Below are positions 60,601 to 64,000 of a DNA stretch of 64,000 nt, one piece after another. The notes under the pieces were generated by a model that saw nothing but the letters and a program-made list of their open reading frames with translations, did no database searches and was not told the DNA's origin. Where the stretch lies: assembly GCA_950097015.1 (NCBI GenBank), contig CATNEN010000007.1, forward strand, positions 2,542,001-2,606,000. The letters are read 5' to 3'. This DNA comes from Macrostomum hystrix (lineage: Eukaryota; Animalia; Platyhelminthes). Both the position numbers and the translations under genes were made by a program. Numbering within the stretch: the first letter of the stretch is position 1; every line of letters begins with the position of its first letter.

Positions 60601-62877
60601 ACAGTCTAATAACAGGTGACACCCCACACTCTTATAACAGGTGACACCCCACAGTCTAATAACAGGTGACACCCCACACTCTAATAACAGGTTACACCCC
60701 ACACTCTAATAACAGGTGACACCCCACACTCTAATAACAGGTTACACCCCACACTCTAATAACAGGTGACACCCCACACTCTAATAACAGGTGACACCCC
60801 ACACTCTAATAACAGGTGACACCCCACACTCTAATAACAGGTGACACCCCACACTATAATAACAGGTGACACCCCACACTCTAATAACAGGTTACACCCC
60901 ACACTCTAATAACAGGTGACACCCCACACTCTAATAACAGGTTACACCCCACACTCTAATAACAGGTGACACCCCACACTCTAATAACAGGTGACACCCC
61001 ACACTCTAATAACAGGTGACACCCCACACTCTAATAACAGGTGACACCCCACACTCTAATAACAGGTGACACCCCACAGTCTAATAACAGGTTACACCCC
61101 ACACTCTAATAACAGGTGACACCCCACACTCTAATAACAGGTGACACCCCACACTCTAATAACAGGTGACACCCCACACTCTAATAACAGGTAACACCCC
61201 ACACTCTAATAACAGGTGACACCCCACACTCTAATAACAGGTGACACCCCACACTCTAATAACAGGTGACACCGCACACTCTAATAACAGGTGACACCCC
61301 ACACTCTAATAACAGGTGACACCCCACACTCTAATAACAGGTGACACCGCACACTCTCAATAATGATCTCAATAATATTAAAGGCACGTAATAAATTTAC
61401 TATTATAAGCTTAGAAACAGGCAAATAATATACTATTGAGCATCTGTACTAAAATTAGCCTTGGAATCTCTCAACAGTCTGAAAACTGGGATAATTTTCC
61501 TTCAGCGGGTTCCACGCAGAGACTAGGAGCAAATTTTGTACGCGATGCTGATGCAGAACCTTCTGCCGCGGGTACAACTTCTGATCCCATTTAGGGACAG
61601 ACACTGGCAGAGCTGGCTAGAACAGATAGCGCAAGAGTTCTTGGGAGCCTAGAATGCCTATTCTCACTATATAAAGCTTTCTGTGGAAATGCAAGCAGGC
61701 TTGTCTGAGTTTTGTTAACTGCTTGGCCATTTGCCTCTGCCGTCACTCAATGTTCCACTGGTCACATTGTATCCCACTATCTAAAAGGATTCATCGATCT
61801 AATCTTTCTTACCTCCATTTCCAATCTTTCTCTCCTCTCTCCCCAATATTTCTTACCTCTCTCCCCAATCTTTTTCACCTCTCTCTCCAATCTTTCTTAC
61901 CTCTCTCTCCAATCTTTCTTACCTCTCTCACCAATCTTTCTTACCTCTCTCACCAATCTTCTTACCTCTCTCTCTCCAATCTTTCTTACCTCTCTCTCCA
62001 ATCTTTCTTACCTCTCTCACCAATCTTTCTTACCTCTCTCACCAATATTTCTCACCTCTCTCTCCAATCTTTCTTACCTCTCTCACCAATCTTTCTTACC
62101 TCTCTCACCAATCTTTCTCACCTCTCTCTCCAATCTTTCTCACCTCTCTCCCCAATCTTTCTTACCTCTCTCACCAATCTTTCTTACCTCTCTCACCAAT
62201 CTTTCTCACCTCTCTCTCCAATCTTTCTCACCTCTCTCCCCAATCTTTCTTACCTCTCTCTCCAATCTTTCTCACCTCTCTCCCCAATCTTTCTCACCTC
62301 TCTCCCCAATCTTTCTCACCTATCTCGCCAATCTTTCTCACCTCTCTCCCCAATTTTTCTCACCTATCTCGCCATCTTTCTCACCTCTCTCCAATCTTTC
62401 TCACCTCTCTCTCCAATCTTTTTCACCTCTCTCCAATCTTTCTTACCTCTCTCTCCAATCTTTCTCACCTCTCTCCAATCTTTCTCACCTCTCTCTCCAA
62501 TCTTTTTCACCTCTCTCCAATCTTTCTTACCTCTCTCTCCAATCTTTCTCACCTCTCTCCAATCTTTCTCACCTCTCTCTCCAATCTTTTTCACCTATCT
62601 CTCCAATCTTTCTTACCTCTCTCTCCAATCTTTCTCACCTCTCTCCCCAATCTTTCTCACCTATCTCGCCAATCTTTCTCACCTCTCTCCCCAATTTTTC
62701 TCACCTATCTCGCCATCTTTCCCACCTCTCTCAAAAGCCCATCAGTGCAAACGGTGAGTGGGACTCACCCGTAGTTGTCAGACCGCTGTTTCCAGCAGAT
62801 TCTGGGTCTCCGCCCAGGCGCAGCAGCAGGCAGTTGCCAACTAGCAGGAGCAGTGCAGCCAGGCCGATCAGCGAGCT
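42671..62877 (-). CDS. POMGNT1: POMGNT1-like GT13 glycosyltransferase (type II membrane protein with stem domain); first exon not found in the window
   Basis: Exons 62877-62769 (TM: SSLIGLAALLLLVGNCLLL), 51159-51002, 50207-50154 (KGLHLFIVNQAT), 50045-49947 (VTPGRVII), 49475-49382 and 48936-48835 (both tentative), 47420-47290 (RRRQFCRLAEGFSNVCDC), 47142-47072 (VPLTVMSSNRPQYLFR), 46962-46770 (GFFEEP), 46302-46171 (ILIEDD..FCIGAWNDQ), 45294-45172, 44538-44378, 44019-43887, 43612-43496, 43416-43349 and 42752-42671. Colinear with POMGNT1 and phase-consistent. Confidence 0.85.
42880..43190 (-). mobile_element. tRNA-derived SINE copy in the last POMGNT1 intron
   Basis: Head, body and ATT tail match the family. 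Another fragment lies near 46600-46700. Confidence 0.8.
43650..46165. repeat. Four intronic minisatellites in POMGNT1
   Basis: 43650-43860 (19-bp TGAGCACCATGTCTAACTG), 44090-44330 (24-bp ATGAATAATAGACTCAAATCGGTC), 44610-45025 (G/A-rich) and 45380-46165 (GGGATATCTCACTGGATCTCAT-type). Confidence 0.9.
48021..48204. repeat. 46-bp tandem repeat, about 4 copies
   Basis: GGTGACTCATGATCCGATCAATAAAAAGCCTCGGCGAGTGTACATC starts at 48021, 48067, 48113 and 48159. Confidence 0.9.
49545..49900. repeat. 15-bp G-rich tandem repeat (GGGTGGGTTTGACAG)
   Basis: Visible array. Confidence 0.9.
50270..50985. repeat. 35-bp tandem repeat containing a 14-bp palindrome (GAGTCAGCTGACTC)
   Basis: About 20 near-identical units next to the 51002 donor. 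Confidence 0.95.
51700..53310. repeat. Purine-rich GAGAATAGGGGA array (51700-52110) and 10-bp TCTCCCTGCA array (52440-53310)
   Basis: Visible arrays. Confidence 0.92.
53655..55340. repeat. Compound satellite: 54-bp units (53655-54285) switching to 15-bp units (54286-55340)
   Basis: The 15-bp GACAGACACACTG(G/A)G unit derives from part of the 54-bp unit. Confidence 0.95.
55915..58010. repeat. Pyrimidine-rich ~32-bp degenerate array (55915-56700) and 23-bp array GACACGCTAACATGACAGCAACT (57470-58010)
   Basis: Visible arrays. Confidence 0.92.
58930..61357. repeat. 25-bp satellite (AACAGGTGACACCCCACACTCTAAT), roughly 95 copies
   Basis: Highly homogeneous array with a few recurrent variants. Confidence 0.97.
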
Positions 62878-64000
62878 CTGAAATGCGAGTACCTCACCCT
62901 GATATTTACTGTTCGCTTCTTCACTGCCATTTTGCGAACATTTTTACCACTTGTTGGGCCTTTTACACTCTAAAAACTGTCTCCCGATGTACTCATAATG
63001 AACGCTTGTTTGCATGCCTTCTGTGCCCACCATGTTAAACATTATTTCCAATCACAATACCCACAAGTACAACTACTATCACATTTCTCACCATTGTTCC
63101 CTCTCCTCGTGAATGTCCCATTCTCCCCTGACTCTACCATTATCCCATTCTCCCGTACTGACTCTCCCATTCTCCCCTGACTCTCCCATTATCCCGTTCT
63201 CCCGTACTGACTCTCCCATTCTCCCCTGACTCTCCCATTATCCCATTCTCCCGTACTGACTCTCCCATTCTCCCCTAACTCTCCCATTCCCCCCTGATTC
63301 TCCCATTCTCCCCTGACTCTACCATTATCCCATTCTCCCGTACTGACTCTCCCATTCTCCCCTAACTCTCCCATTCCCCCCTGATTCTCCCATTCTCCCC
63401 TGACTCTACCATTATCCGATTCTCGCGTACTGACTCTCCCATTCTCCCCTGACTCTACCATTATCTCCTGACTCTCCCATTCTCCCCTGACTCTCCCATT
63501 ATCCCCTGACTCTCCCATTCTCCCCTGACTCTCCCATTATCCCCTGACTCTCCCATTCTCCCCTGTCTCTCCCATTCTCCCCTGACTCTACCATTATCCG
63601 ATTCTCGCGTACTGACTCTCCCATTCTCCCCTGACTCTCCCATTCTCCCCTGACTCTACCATTATCCTATTCTCGCGTACTGACTCTCCCATTCTCCCCT
63701 GACTCTACCATTATCTCCTGACTCTCCCATTCTCCCCTGACTCTCCCATTCTCCCTGACTCTCCCATTCTCCCCTGACTCTCCCATTCTCCCCCAGTCTC
63801 ACCCTGACTCTCTCATTCTCCTTTAATGACTCTCCCAGTCTCCCCCAGTCTCACCCTGACTCTCCCATTCTCCCCTAACTCTCCCATTATCCCCTAACTC
63901 TCCCATTCTCCCCTAACTCTCCCATTCTCCCCTGACTCTCCCATTCTCGCCCCTGACTCCCCCTGAATCCCCCATTGTCCCGTAACTATTCCCATTTCCC
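61800..64000. repeat. Pyrimidine-rich minisatellites flanking the POMGNT1 TM exon (61800-62730 and 63100-64000)
   Basis: CTCTCTCCAATCTTTCTTAC-type and CTCTCCCATTCTCCCCTGA-type arrays. Confidence 0.92.

Overview
Eukaryotic (invertebrate) genomic DNA with spliceosomal introns, many filled by minisatellites, plus tRNA-headed SINEs. The style resembles the flatworm Macrostomum, but that is inference. Most long ORFs in the supplied track are artefacts of tandem repeats; the real genes are spliced, and I rebuilt them by hand from splice sites and codon phase. Left to right: (1) part of an SLC6 transporter gene (minus, runs off the left edge); (2) an intronless secreted PAN/apple + C-type lectin gene and a broken paralog; (3) the main find, one 17-18 exon minus-strand gene (25816 to 9258 or 6601, about 2650-2810 aa) that joins an N-terminal RIG-I-CTD-like Zn domain, a RIG-I/Dicer-type DExH helicase, a eukaryotic RNA-dependent RNA polymerase (DLDGD) and a Cid1/TUTase-type nucleotidyltransferase, with every junction phase-compatible; (4) three tandem paralogs of a secreted protein with two AbfB/CBM42-like beta-trefoil domains, with a LINE fragment between copies; (5) a complete SLC7 cationic amino acid transporter gene (plus); (6) a divergent POMGNT1-like GT13 glycosyltransferase gene (minus, 42671 to at least 62877) with an 11.6-kb satellite-filled intron. 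Exon models are manual and need RNA confirmation.
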